DNA of 63,559 nucleotides, filler included, from Choristocarpus tenellus KU-1152 (Eukaryota; Protista; Phaeophyceae), in the NCBI GenBank assembly GCA_964200185.2. It is 9 parts of 9 records of this genome, joined end to end, with 100 filler letters (N's around TTAATTAATTAA, not from the genome) between each part and the next. Parts side by side here need not be neighbours in the genome. Positions count along the whole stretch, not along the records: positions 24,030 to 32,173 come from CAXNAD020005084.1; positions 32,274 to 55,537 come from CAXNAD020000256.1; 7 more parts are not named here. One strand, 5' to 3'. This document shows, piece after piece, positions 26,940-39,973 of this stretch. The notes under the pieces are model-generated. The model saw only the letters and a list, made by a program, of their open reading frames with translations, was not told the origin of the DNA and ran no database searches. Made by a program: the position numbers and the translations under genes. Positions within the stretch are counted from its first letter, which is position 1. Each line of letters begins with the position of its first letter.

Positions 26940-27430
26940 AACGTCGTTCTGTTACAGGCGAATGGCGCGAGCAGTATACGAGATTAGTAGCACATAGGTG
27001 GGCTTACAGAATAAATGCTGGTTTCTTAGAAGATGCAGAGTAAGATTCGAAATGCATATGTAGCCTTACAGAAACGTCAATTCCTAATAGTTGCAGAATG
27101 AAGGTTTATGATTAGGGTATGTACACAGCAGTTTGCAGATGTCTTTTAACTTACAGCCTGTAGAAATCGGGTGGATGATAATATAAGAGTGCTTTTGATG
27201 ACCACTCAATTCGCCCCTTTCATTCTTTACCTTGAGTGAAACATCAAGTCAAGCATTGGTTGAGCTAAGCACTGACTGAAGCATCGAGAGAAGAGTGGCT
27301 TACACCCCAAGTAGCTATCAGCCGAGGAAACATACCCCCATACGGTCATTCTGAAGTCATTGGATGAAACTTGCTCATCATGTGGAGGTGAGTTCTGGAG
27401 CGCATTGTAACATGCAGGTCCTGCCGAGAC
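26940..27430. mobile_element. Decayed interspersed repeat, homologous to ~59020-59455
   Basis: Shared blocks AGAAGAT.CAGAGTAAGATT.G.AATGCATA, CTAAGCACTGA, TGTGGAGGTGAGTTCTG...TGTAACATG.AGGTCCT.CCGAGACT on two different contigs. Confidence 0.7.
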
Positions 27431-28567
27431 TGGGTTCTCTTATGATGTAACAGTTCAGCACCACTATCAACTTGAACCTCGGGCCAAGGGCACCCTGAAT
27501 ATCTTTCCACGTATACAGGAATCAAGGTGTGCATGTTGTGTGTACCTGAGATATTGTGCCAGAGAAATATGCGCTCGGAAGTGGCACTATCAACTCTTCC
27601 ATTGGAATATATTCTCCCTTACCTATTCTTCTCCACACACCACCAGAGTCGCTGCAGAATAGTGATTTGAGGGCTCACATCATTCATCTTTTTGATGCGT
27701 GGATCAAAACGTGTTATCTCCTATGACAGATCGTGCTCCATGACAAAGAAATGAGCTTCCCAACTGATCAATCTGTGGGAGTTATTTTTCACACTCAATT
27801 GTAGCACATGCGGTATGATGATCCTGCAGTAATTAGACAAATTCAAACTTTGCAGGAAGTGGCACAGTGCCTCTTAGATGTCTATTTCAAAATAATGATA
27901 CATACATTAGTTTGTCATTCTCTTCTTTCTGTTCTCTCCTGTACCACACACCCAACACTCCTCCCAGACAACTGTGCCGAGGATAGTGCACCATAAATTC
28001 GTACAAGTGATCAACTTGATCGTAACACTAAAATTGTAGTGTTGACTTGTTTCCCTCAACACGATATCTGTCAATTCCAAGCAGAGAAACCATGCCACCT
28101 TATCTTATGTGTTTCAGTACAAGTGAAGTCAGTCCAAACAACTGCAACCCTTTGTATAGAGGCAAGCTTATCTATCCTACCAATGAAGATAAATCTGAAG
28201 GTGTCCTATCAACAAACGAAAATAGTGAACCTCAAATGTCGGCACAGACATGATCTGCACACCTCGAGCTATATAGAAAAATATTAAACCTCTTTGAAAG
28301 ACTCCAAGATATAGTGAGTTACCATCAAAGATACTAACATCCCCTAAGTCGTCCAAACATCAGGAACTGCCAGTCAACATCCCCTGCATATGTGTTAGAC
28401 ATGCAGGTACTCGCAGAACATCAAATATTCAAAAACGTAAGCAAACATTTTGTAACTCTATCCCAACTCCTCATAGAATAGACGCCACAGAATCCACGTC
28501 ATATTGAGAGTATTTACTTGATATCAAATCTTGATTGGTTCAACCTCTCAAGGACAGCAGAGTGTTT

Positions 28568-30769
28568 TTAAGCTTGAAGGCACCAGCCACCATCAAGAAC
28601 ATGGGTAGATCCAGTAATGATAGAGCTCTCATCGCTGGCAAGAAGCAGCACCATGGCAGTGACCTGTGTCATATATATTGCATTGAGAAAATGAATATGT
28701 GGTGCATGAATAGAATGTTCATAGGAACGTTAAGCAGAGGGGTGGACAGTGCAGCTATACAAAATGGTGAGTATGTCATACATGAGAGTCACAAGTGTGC
28801 ACATTCATAGCAACATAGTAAATTTTCTAACTCCAGAGTGAAAGTATCGTAGAGGGTACGAGTTTTCCCCTGTTTGTCCATTTGGGGCTTGGCTTCCCAT
28901 TGGGTATTTTATGACAATTTCCTACTCCAAAATGTTTAGGAGTAGGTAAAATATATACATTATGAAAAGGTGTCCAGAACATGGATATTGATACTTCCCA
29001 ACAAACATAATGGCCAAAATTATATCAAAATCTCAGCATTGGATCTTGACCCCCCAAATGGACGCGGATCTACCCTCTAAGATACTTTGGCTCTCCACTC
29101 AACCAAGGATCTGAAACATGCTACCGACATAGAGCTTGACCAAATTCCCTTTTAAGCTACATGCAGACTGCCAAAACAAAACTTGCAGGGCCTACTAAAC
29201 ATCACAAAATGTTGGAAGAAAGCGTTAATGCAAGTAACGGATATCACGATACTCACAAAACTTGATAACATTACAATAGTAAGGCATTGCCATTTAGGGA
29301 CAGGGTGGGGGCATTGGAAGAGCGGTATCCTTTAACCATGCTTCATGTGTGGAGATTTTACAGAAAACTCTGAGTTGTAGCTGACCTCATCCGTTACAGC
29401 AGGGCGTGGGATTAGCTGCATATTGGACGCCAAAGTGTCTAAGCCATCCCCCATAACATCTGTCATTGGTGTGCGCACAAATCCTGGGGCAATGCAGTTC
29501 ACTCTCACCCCACAAGCCGCTCCCTGTGTGAGAGGAACAGATGAACACAGAGCAAGGAAAGGCAGTAAGACACTTGAAACAGAATACTGACCTCTTAGAA
29601 CAATCTATACCACAAACGTTTGTTTTGATTTTGCAGTCGACTACTTGTAGGTGGTCGTGGCATATTTTGTTATATATCCATTCGATCCTTACCTCAATAG
29701 CTCCGTACTTAACCAACATTTCAGCGGCCGCCTTGCTAGCAGAATAGATACCGCCGCCGGTCATCCTTGGGGTTGCGCGCAAAGCAACGCATGAAGTGTT
29801 GACAATGATTGAACCCTTGTCTCCACTAGCACCCATCGCTGGGATCTGAGAGATTAAGGAGAAGAGTAGGGAACATGTTAAAGAAGGATCGCACAAGCGA
29901 GCAGTGATGCTGTAAAATAACCGTATCACACATTACCCCATTGCTCACCTGGTACTTGAAGGCCAACGCTTGGGACAAGACATTCGTCGAGAAAACAGAC
30001 TCGAAGGTTTCAACCGTAAAGTCTGATAGAGTGACAGAGCGAAACATCCCAGCATTGTTGAACACAACATGCAGCCCGCCATAGGTGGACACAGCAGTAT
30101 CCACAAGCTTCTTATTGTCCTCCTCCTGTCAGGGTAACGAGCGATTAGGTATTAGTATCGTACTGAACAGCATAGGCACCTTTGTAGACTACCTGATCAT
30201 GACCCTCCAAACTTCTGCCGATATCAGTAAATACACCGACCTTGCACACGTCAGAAACAACTGGGGTGCACTCCCCTCCGAATGTCTTGATCTCCTCGGC
30301 AACAGCATTCAACTTCTCCGCTGTCCGAGCACCAATGACGAGCTGTTACAAAGAACCACAGCAGTTCGCAAGGTTCGTCAAATATGAACTGTGCATATCC
30401 CATTGTTTTACAACCTGACGATTCACTAAGGATAAGGTTCTGGCTTACCTTGGCACCCTACTTCGCGAAGCAAATGGCCACAGCTCTGAGTTGCGGGGTA
30501 GGCACGGGGACAGTAGGTTGTGCTTCACTGTGAGGTATGAGACTGTCCGAGCTAGCATCATTGGGATTTGACGTATTATTTCTCCATTGATTGTTGACGA
30601 TGATATCGTGGTTTGCAGCACGCTATAGTGTCACTTGAACGAGAGTGCACAGGTTTGTTTACAACGGCATGCCGAATCATGAAGCGATAAAATGGAACAG
30701 TCACTCGCACCTGCCCATCCCCGACGATGCCCCTGTCACAATCGCGACCTTCCCATCAAGCTTCCCCAT
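28568..30769 (-). CDS. Classical short-chain dehydrogenase/reductase (FabG/Glc-DH-like), 7 exons (30769-30711, 30485-30449, 30342-30241, 30125-29949, 29845-29693, 29523-29386, 28663-28568), 253 codons plus TAA, with one in-frame TAG at codon 29
   Basis: MGKLDGKVAIVTGASSGMGR (TGxxxGxG), VFNNAG, NTS, YSASK (YxxxK), VRVNCIAPG, LASDESSIITGSTHVLDGG; all GT-AG with consistent phases; TAG at 30460-30458 in FAK*GAK. Confidence 0.9.
28836..29093. mobile_element. MITE, family A, inside SDR intron 6
   Basis: GAGTGAAAGTATCGTAGAGGGTA...TACCCTCTAAGATACTTTGGCTC; TCCA on both flanks. Confidence 0.9.
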
Positions 30770-32053
30770 TGTCTTGTTGGTGATGTTGTATAGAAGGAGG
30801 TAGTAGGTTGGCGAACTGGTGACGACGGGATGTGTGTGTTCGACTAGTGAGATGTTGTGTACACCAGTTCACAATAGAGGAGTCGTTTTGAACACACCAA
30901 GGACGAGATATTATGTGTCGGGATGTTAGGAAAGTATCCGAGGGCGGATCATTTTGGAGAGATAATCTTCATTATACTTGTAAGTATCAATCAATGATTC
31001 GAATTTCAAAAAATGGATGACGATGAGAGCCAGTGTGCAGGAGGTGCTTTTTGAATAGAGAACTAATGAAGTTGGACAAGATCGAGATGAAGGTCCACAT
31101 CACCTTCAATATATGCGCGCGACTGCACGAACAAGGATCGCGCGGACAGACCTGAACACATAACAAGGTGAACAGATTGAATTGGAGCTGTTCATGAAAT
31201 ATCCCAACCAATAAGAGTAATTCATGATGACTTGAACAAAAAAACAGCTATCACTCAAAATGGTCTCAAATATAAAATCGTCACTCAACAGGATCTGAAA
31301 CAATAAGAACAATCCTAATGGCGATTCATCGGTGATATCTCCAGAACAGAAATTTCATTGGATGTCATTGGAGTGTGAAAATAGGAAGATCCCTGGTGAG
31401 ACTGATAATGATATCTTTCCCACTTGACAAAACACAACAGGCATCAAATGAGACTAACAACCTGAGACGTGCCACTGGAGGTATGCCTCAAACCTGTCCT
31501 CAACAAAGAACGGTGTCGAAACACAAACTCACGCCAGAAACAAGACTGAACCACCCATTCACAAGAGAAAAAAGGAAAAAGGAAAAAAGAGTATGAGACA
31601 CAAATGTGCGAGTGACGTGAATATTGTTTCATAATAGGTCATAAATATAGAATTCAACGAAGAACTTGCCGAAGTCATGACGCCACTGACACAAAGTAAA
31701 AGAAAGGTGTCCATTTTTTTTTTACCGTTTTGCATATTAACAGCTTTTTGCATCGTTTGTAATTCACCCATATTTCTATTAATGATGAAGTTCTATTATT
31801 GATTTGAGACTGTTGGTTTCTGAATTGTATAATTATTTTCGACAAAATAAAGAAAATCCCGATACGAATTTGTACAAAATGCCGAACTTTGCACATATTT
31901 GTCAGAGTTCTTAAAAAATACAACCCTGAGTACCTCTCGCTTATTATTGGTTCACTGTTGACCAGCCAGAAGATAACAAAAGGAATTTCTCATATTGATA
32001 CTCCTTTGTGGTTTCCTCCATTTAACAGCCGATTTCAATAATTGAGGATGGAG

Positions 32054-32173
32054 CTTTTCATTGAGGATGGGCTTGACCCAAAATTGACTGGGATCATCAA
32101 ATTTAATACAAAAAAAAACATATCGACACTTTATCCCAGTCAATTTTGGGTCAAGCCCATACTCAATGAAAAG
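32054..32173. repeat. 41-bp inverted repeat (foldback) with ~38-nt spacer, running into the contig end
   Basis: CTTTTCATTGAGGATGGGCTTGACCCAAAATTGACTGGGAT vs ATCCCAGTCAATTTTGGGTCAAGCCCATACTCAATGAAAAG (1 mismatch). Confidence 0.9.
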
Positions 32174-32829
32174 NNNNNNNNNNNNNNNNNNNNNNNNNNN
32201 NNNNNNNNNNNNNNNNNTTAATTAATTAANNNNNNNNNNNNNNNNNNNNNNNNNNNNNNNNNNNNNNNNNNNNCCAGTTCTTCCATATCTACCAACATAC
32301 GCAGTGTGGCAATATTCTGTTTTGGTGTCCTGAAAAAATATGTGTCTACAAAAAAAAATCACCTCGGATTGTGCGTAATTTAGCCGATATGCAATTACTA
32401 AGACCCTATGACGAACATTCTTACAGACGTTACCCTGTAGGAAAAAGAAAAAATAGGAGAAACATTACTTCTACTTGCTTGTACTTCATTATTGAATCTA
32501 AAAATGGAAAATGGAGGGGTATTACTACCATTATCACATTAGTCCAAAGGATGCAAGACACAGTGCTTGAGAAGGCATCAAGGAAGGTAAAATAAAAGTC
32601 AGGGGGTGAAAGAAGAGATAACAAAAAAGAAAAGAAAAAAATTTATATATATAACAAAAAGAAGAGAACCAATAGGTGGAAAAATAGTAGCATAAAAATA
32701 ATGGAAGGGAGAGAAAAAACAACCAACTGGAGAATACATGGAGAAGGTAGAATTCAATTGACAGTGATGGTGTTGTTGGAGATTTCGGTAACCTCACCTG
32801 CTGCTTTAGCATGATGTACATTAGCTATC

Positions 32830-34790
32830 ATGGCTTCCTTGGCATGCCACTCTGTCGTGAAGGTCATCATTCCGGCAGCCACATGCTTATAGCACGTCTG
32901 CTAGTAGGAGGCCCTACTGCCCAAACTGTCAATCATAATCCCAAAACTTCTCAAGGTGGTCTCGGATTCACATCTACCATATTCTCTCCTGCCCATCTTG
33001 CTTATGCCCCCCTGCTGCAATCTCCTCAATCGCCAACCCCTTAGGAAGTCATTCATCCCCCACGTTTGCAACTAACCCAGCAAAGAGGATCCTTCTCTTG
33101 CATACTGTTGCCTAAGTAATCGTGCACCCAACCTTCACAATACAATATAGGTACATTCCTGAGTACAGGAATCCAATACAATAGAGGAAGATTCTATGAT
33201 GATGAGAGTGAAGTTTCAAGTAATAGACTTGGTGGAGTGGAGTGTCCATGATATAAAACTAGATGACAGAACTTCAAGCACCTCAGCCTTGAACATTCCA
33301 ATCCCATGCTCAAGTGATACAGCTGAGGTCTTGTCATGTAGCATCTGGTCGAATTCACAAAAACAACCCCAAGCTTTCTGGATCCCCCAGCTCATCTCAA
33401 CAGTGATCTTGACTTTGTTACTCATGGTGCCCCTAAGGTAAACAAAATGTCAGTCTGCTTATAAGTCTCATCCAGTGCCTGGATATGTACAGTATCTGCA
33501 GCTTGACTAGGTGGCAGAAGACACATCCTCTCCATCTTCAATGCTGACATAGTCAAACTGAATGATCTGGCCACCTTCACAATCACCATCACCATCCTAA
33601 CCAAACCTCCCTGGGTCTTGGAGAGAATGCCTATATCATTAGTACAAAGCACACCCCACAAGAGTCGCTCGACTTGTCCCAATCCCTAGTGCTCCTCCTC
33701 TCCTGATCTTTTTAGCTATGGCCACTCTCTTGGTGAAATCAAAACCCTCAGAGATGGCTGGGTCAGAAGTAACTTCTTATCTGCTACACTTAAAACAACA
33801 AAGAAGAAGATATTGAGATGGTGGGAGAAACACCACACCCCCACCGAAGGCCTGTCGAACCTTAAACCAGACGGTACATTGCTATCTTCCATGCCCTTAT
33901 TCCATCATGAAAAGGATGACAGAGATGGTCGTCGCAGGTACATTATGTAGGTCCATAAATCGCATGAATAGGGGTACATGGTTTCCTTACCAACCTCTTG
34001 GTGGGCACGCTCAGCATACATGCTGTTTGCTGTAGAGCGTCAAGGCCCGAAACCACACTACTGTTCCTCATTAAACCTGTTCCCACGTTCTCCGGTCTCC
34101 CAGGTGCCGTGCAATAACTGCAAGAAGTTCTTCGTCAGCATCCGTCATCAATGAGATTCCCCTACAGTTGCCACCGCCAGTCCGGTCCTTCTTCTTGTGA
34201 AGCACGTTGATGACCTCGTCCTTCGAGGCCCTGAGACACAACTTCCTGGTCCCACAAAGCCAACAAAATCTTATGATACCCACGTCCTCCTGTACGCCAA
34301 GTTTTAGCAGCCCAACTTCAAGATTATTCGAGCTCATAGGCTTCCCATTTCCCATTGCCCGAAGTGCCTTAGCCATGTCGATTGCCATTGGTCCAATGGC
34401 GAGATCTACGCATTGGAGGCATTAGTTGAGGACTTCAGTACTACACAGATTGAGATTAACCGACCTAGTGCTGAGATTCACATTGAATTATTTCCTCCAT
34501 CCTTCCACGATGGACACTTGTTCCCTGAGTAACTGGTCAGACTATTTACGGATACGGTGAGAGGCACTTTGTCTAATTCTCCCTGCCGTCAACACTTCCA
34601 GGTGCGGGTGGTATACACCTAGGTTCCTATCTTCCTGGTTTAGGTGCCAAGAAATAACTAAGAGACAGACGCCCTTACCCATTTGAGCTGTTTGCAAGAA
34701 GTCTTCAGCGCCTTGTCAGTGCTATTTTGGAGTTCTGTGAGCAATTATTTCCATGTCCTCTTCATTCGTTGGTATGTTTCCCTTGACCTT
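32830..34790 (-). mobile_element. Decayed non-LTR retrotransposon (RTE-like LINE) reverse transcriptase
   Basis: KALRAMGNGKP...KDEVINVLHKKKDRTGGGNCRGISL (consensus I.vLhKKgD...c.NYRgIsL); LWGVLCTNDIGILSKT corresponds to a degenerate LYADD; many stops and frameshifts. Confidence 0.85.
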
Positions 34791-35845
34791 AGTTCATTGG
34801 AGGAATTTGATTGATTACCATATCGCGCAAATGCGCGCTGCGAGAGAGATTGTGGAGGCGCGAGGAGTGTCCATTCATAAAGATTCAAAAATATTTGAGA
34901 AGATTGAAACTATCAACTCAATTTAACTCTCACATCGCATAGTAAGTAACACTTATTAAATGTATCTGAGATATGTGTTTGAATCACATCAGAAATATCA
35001 AAAAATAGAAACCACAAATGAAACCCTCCGCTCAAATAACTATAGATTGAGCGAGGTGTTGTTATGATGGTGTCCCTTGAGGAAAAGCTCTAAAATGCAG
35101 CTGAGGAAAATCGAACAAAGAAAGGTGTGAATCCTTGGGCATGGGGGGGAAAGGGGTGTGTTTAGAAAGGCACGTACGTGGTCACAAGGAAGTGATCGAG
35201 TGTGTTTTGGTGAGGTGAAACAGTTGGTTGCGTACGACGTTCCTCACTTTGAACTCAGTGCTCGGAGCAGACCAGGCTCCAGTTACTGGGGATAGCCCCA
35301 GTGCTGTAGGTACATAAGCAACTGCACCGCTCAGTCAAATCCTCGACATTGGAGACTGGAGTAAAAGGACGGTCAACCTAAACGGATTCGAGTGGGTAAA
35401 TCGGTCAGTGGGTGGGATGCTGATGGTGTTGGTCTTGCGGACTGGCGCCTGCGCCTCCCTGGCACCAAAATCAATTATCTGTACTCTATATCAAATGATA
35501 TTGATCCCTATTCTTCCCTCTCTTCCCCTATACCAGCCCGCCTCAGTTGCGTTCGTTTGAACAACACGTTAGCTTTGTTGACAACCAACGAGGCTGTTAT
35601 GTATAGAGATGGTGCACCTACGATCACTTAAACCGGTCCTTCGCGATCTTCAACCTTCAAGGAAGAGTACTGCGATCTTTCTTCTATTTATCTATGTACG
35701 GGGTTGCGTACTCTCTGTCTACACTGGTACACGTACAGCTAAAATAGATTCTGGATTGCGTTTCAAGGCCGTAGTCTCGACATCCTACTTAACGTCCCGT
35801 CGATTATTCTCCTCTCTCCTTCCTTCCCACTCGTTGTAAATAAGA

Positions 35846-36249
35846 ATGGATGAGAAGAGGAAGCGCGAGCGTTTGAGGCGGGGAAACGAGGCAGCTAAGA
35901 TCTTCCGCGAAGAGAGGGAGCTGCGACTGAAGCAGGAGGAGGAGGTCCGTTGCTCTCACTTTTGTTACTGCCGAACATGCACACGATACCATCACCCATA
36001 TCTCCCTTAGCCCTTTCTACTTAGTCAACACTCACGCATGGCTATATTCGAGACCAGGGTTGTAACATCCTTCGTTCGAAAATGACGCGCTCGTCTCACC
36101 TCATCGTGTATGTCGACCAAAAGGAAAAGAGTGGAAGGGCTCAACGCATCAAGAGTCTTTCCCTTCAGATTCGAGGCAATGTGGGGTTGCCTACAAAAAG
36201 AAAAAATCAACAAGGAGCAAGCCCTCGCCCTCCCCTGCGAACCATAGAG
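35846..36249 (+). CDS. Two putative exons of an unknown basic/charged protein (35846-35944, 36025-36249)
   Basis: MDEKRKRERLRRGNEAAKIFREERELRLKQEEE|STLTHGYIRDQG...PRPPLRTIE, phase-0 GT-AG intron; no homology recognised. Confidence 0.4.
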
Positions 36250-38389
36250 GTGAGACTACAGGATCTATGTCGTGTGCTGCTCTTGCCAGTCCTTGGACAA
36301 GTGTGCTGAGGGGTTAAGCTAACCTATGTTGTCAGTCCTCACCCCACTTTGAAATAAGTTCCCATATACAAATATGTAGGGTACTGTGAAGGGGCCTCTC
36401 GCTGCTTGCACCCCTGAGATATCTATATTGGCACAATTCAACATATTACAACAACACGCTCTTGGGTATCGAGGGTAAATGTAGGATATAGGCCATATTT
36501 TTTCACTGAGTGGCGAAAGTAGCAATTATTTTCGGAGGGACTCTACACGAATGGAAGTAGATGCTACTCATAGGGTACCCCATGGCCCAAGGGTATCAGT
36601 GTTGTATCATCCACATGGGTATTGGAGTGATTGATATTTTCCGTATGTACAAGAGGATGATCAAAGATGATAGTTTTCATCATGTCCTGCCTCCCCCTTT
36701 GTTTGCCGTGGTTGGGTGTGTTGGTTCAGTACTGAAAAGGAAGCAACAATGAACGACCAGAAGGTGACTGGTATGATAGGGTCTTGCTTCCCAAACAAAC
36801 AACAAAATTCAGATTATTCTGTTCATGAGTTCATTTTAGACTGATCCTTATAGACCCACCTGTGATCAGGAGGCAATACAGACAGAGGAGGAAATAGGAA
36901 GATATCGTTAGTAACAGAAAATCAAGAGAAAGGGAAATTAGAAAAGTACAGAGATGTCAAGGCGCAGTCAACCCTATTATCACAAGACAAACTCCTACCA
37001 GTGACATAAAGCAAATACCAGCACCAGTGCCAGCCAGGCCCACTGACTCAAGGTGAATGCAGAGCCCAATCAGGCATTCGTCCATTGAAAGAGGGGAATA
37101 ACCCAGCTCATGATAGCAATACATTACCAGTAGCAAGGAGGTGTATCTAGTCATCTCCTGGTCCTGAAAATGTGATATCAGACCCCAGAAACAATCCCAG
37201 CCTGCTTAAACACAACTTGAGTTATTGATATTGTTTTAGAAAATTCAGCTGGGTCCAGTTTAGATTAATGAGTTGTGGCCTTGGCAATATCAGGTACAGG
37301 GAGGAAAAATGAGATCACAGTGAGAATGAGGGGGTGATGGCTATAGGCGGCAAGAAGTTATTTCTTCGATAAATTGTTTCTGCAGTAGGATGGAATTTTC
37401 CGCCTTTACTGCCTCGCAACATCACCAACCCCTTTATTATATTTTACTACTACTGCTTTATCATCATACTATTATTATTGTGATAATTATATTTGTTGTG
37501 ATCATTGCTGATATTAGAAGGATAGGACAAAGACCAATTACTGTGTGTTGAACTAATATTTGATATTAGACTAATTTATATGCTCCAGTGTGTAATTGTT
37601 GCTGTTATCACAGTTGTCATGTTGCTATACTCCAGTTGATTTTCTTGGTGTTTTTTGTATTATCATCATGTGATAGATTCCTGTTGTTGCTTTAATCATT
37701 ACAAGATATTAATATTGAATAAAGTAAAACTGTAGGTGGTTGGGGCAGATCCCAAATCCAATTAGAGATGTCCCCTTCGAAGGGGTCATAAAATCAGAGA
37801 GTAAAGTAGGGTGGAGAGGTTGAAGGTGGAAGTTGAGGGTTGGGCGTTGTGGTTTTGAGTTACATATGGATGTTGAGTTGTACAAAGGTTAGGAACATTT
37901 CTTCTTGTAGTATTTGGCATTGTCAAGCGATTTCTTGGTTTACAAGGTTGGGTGTTCGGATTATTATTGTTACTCATTCAATATTTTGCTTTGTATCCGT
38001 ATTAGATGTTTTTTATATTCAGTAGTATGTCGCATCGTAATTTTCGCATTATTGATATTGTACTGTCTGTGACAGATTGCTATCACAATCTATTTGCTAC
38101 TACAATACTATTGGTATATTATTTTTTTGATATTTCATGTTAATAATATTTTTTCTTACATGAACTCTTTTTCTCTCTTTTATCATAGATATTGATATTA
38201 TGTTTTCAAAATCTTTGAGAAGAATATCAAAGCAAGAAAGTGGCAAAGAGATTAGGAGTGCGATAGGATTGTAGTTACAAGGTATGTGTAAGGTGTGACC
38301 ATGTGTGTTGGTGTATATTTTGGTTTAGTAGTGTTCAGATCTGGATGGACCCGAGAAGGGCGTTCGATTCCATCACTGCAATGTACAAT

Positions 38390-38649
38390 GAGCCAAAGTA
38401 TCTTAGAGGGTACAGCCACGTCCATTTGGGGGCCAAGTTCCAAAGTTGCGATTTCGATTTAGTTTTGAATATCTTGTTTCTTGGGAAGTGTCAATATCCT
38501 TGTTCTGGACACGCTCTTTCACGACGTACACATTTTACCTACTGCACAAACATTTTGGAGTAGGAAAATGCCCAAAAAAAATCCATGAGAAGCTAAGCCC
38601 CAAACGGACAAACAGGGCAAAACTCGTACCCTCTAAGATACTTTCAGAC
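38390..38649. mobile_element. MITE, family A (reverse orientation)
   Basis: GAGCCAAAGTATCTTAGAGGGTA...TACCCTCTAAGATACTTTCAGAC; AAT on both flanks. Confidence 0.88.
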
Positions 38650-38841
38650 AATAATATTGGACGAAGTGCTCCGTTGTTTATGTTTGATAATGGTCTTCGT
38701 ATTTTATATTTTATACATTCTGTTTATATCTATGCATTGGTACAGGATGTTAATGTTAGGGTTAATTTCTATTTCGTTGAGAACTATTTTGGTAAGGGCA
38801 TCATTTTAAAGGATATTAATGCTAGTCTATTTTATTGTTAT

Positions 38842-39973
38842 CCCTTCTGACACTTTCCAGATGTGTCAGGGGAGAAACCAATGAAATCTATACACATGTC
38901 AGTATAAGCCCTAAAGAAATAAAATGCCATAAATGTGAAAGACACTAGTCTATCTGTTACATCACTATCTATGTTGTACTACTGCCTTCCTGTGTCTCCA
39001 ATCTACCTATACCTGCACCCTGGGGGAGGAGCTAGGGAGGCATCCCAAGAATATTCGTCTATTTCGTTTTGAGTGGTGAAGGTTTTTGGATATTTGATTG
39101 TTTTCGCCAATATGTATGTGATTCTTTTTTGCTATAAATTCTGTATTCTATATTTTCTGTGTTTTTTTATATGGCATCGTTTACCATAAATTTTCTTGTT
39201 GACACCATTTGGTGTACACAAAAACATGTAATATCTATTTGTTTGAATTTTATATATTTACTAGATTGTTTATTCAATACTTCATTGTTAGTAATTTTTG
39301 GTCATTAATAATATCACTATATCATATTATAATTGGTATTATTTCATTTTGTTTTGTTTTATATTGTCGTCATATTATCAATTCTGTTCTATTCCATTAT
39401 TCCTATTTTTTGAAATCTTTTGAATGATTGTAATATTTATGTACTTTATTGATATTTTGATATTTATTCTAGATATTCTCTTATAGATGTGTTGTGGTAT
39501 TATGTGTTTTTGGTGGGTTTGAATGGGGATAGGGTTAACCCCAATTATACGTACCATTGAGGTCAAACATTTACAACTTCTCATAGATTGTTCTTGGGTC
39601 GACATGAAAAAAAGATCAGACCCGATCGGTAGCATTAAACTCTATTCGCTGAATGATCGAATATTAATTATCCTATGGATGAGAAGTCTGGGGGGTAAGA
39701 GGAATGGGTGTGTGAGGTAATGAGAAGAGAGTAAGCGAACCCAGGATTTGTTTCGATTATGGGTGGTTATGTTAGGGTGGTTGAGACAAAGAGAAGACAC
39801 TTGGTTGGGCGGTTCAGTTTGTTTCAGGAAAGAAAAACCTCCTTCTGTTTCATTATTTCCATTAATGGTAAGACTTAAGCGATTATTTCCATTTTAATCC
39901 TTCCAATTTACTATACTCAATACAATACAATTCATTTGTTTTTCCCCTGACACATCTGCAAAATGTCAGAGGG
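38842..39973. mobile_element. ~1.13-kb non-autonomous TIR element (different family)
   Basis: CCCTTCTGACACTTTCCAGATGTGTCAGGGGAGAAACCAATGAA vs the reverse complement of TTCATTTGTTTTTCCCCTGACACATCTGCAAAATGTCAGAGGG; AT-rich non-coding interior. Confidence 0.7.

Noticed and set aside
30458-30460. Genome-wide TAG=Glu reassignment
   Set aside because: A single instance; the other reconstructed host exons have many GAG/GAA codons and no in-frame TAG.
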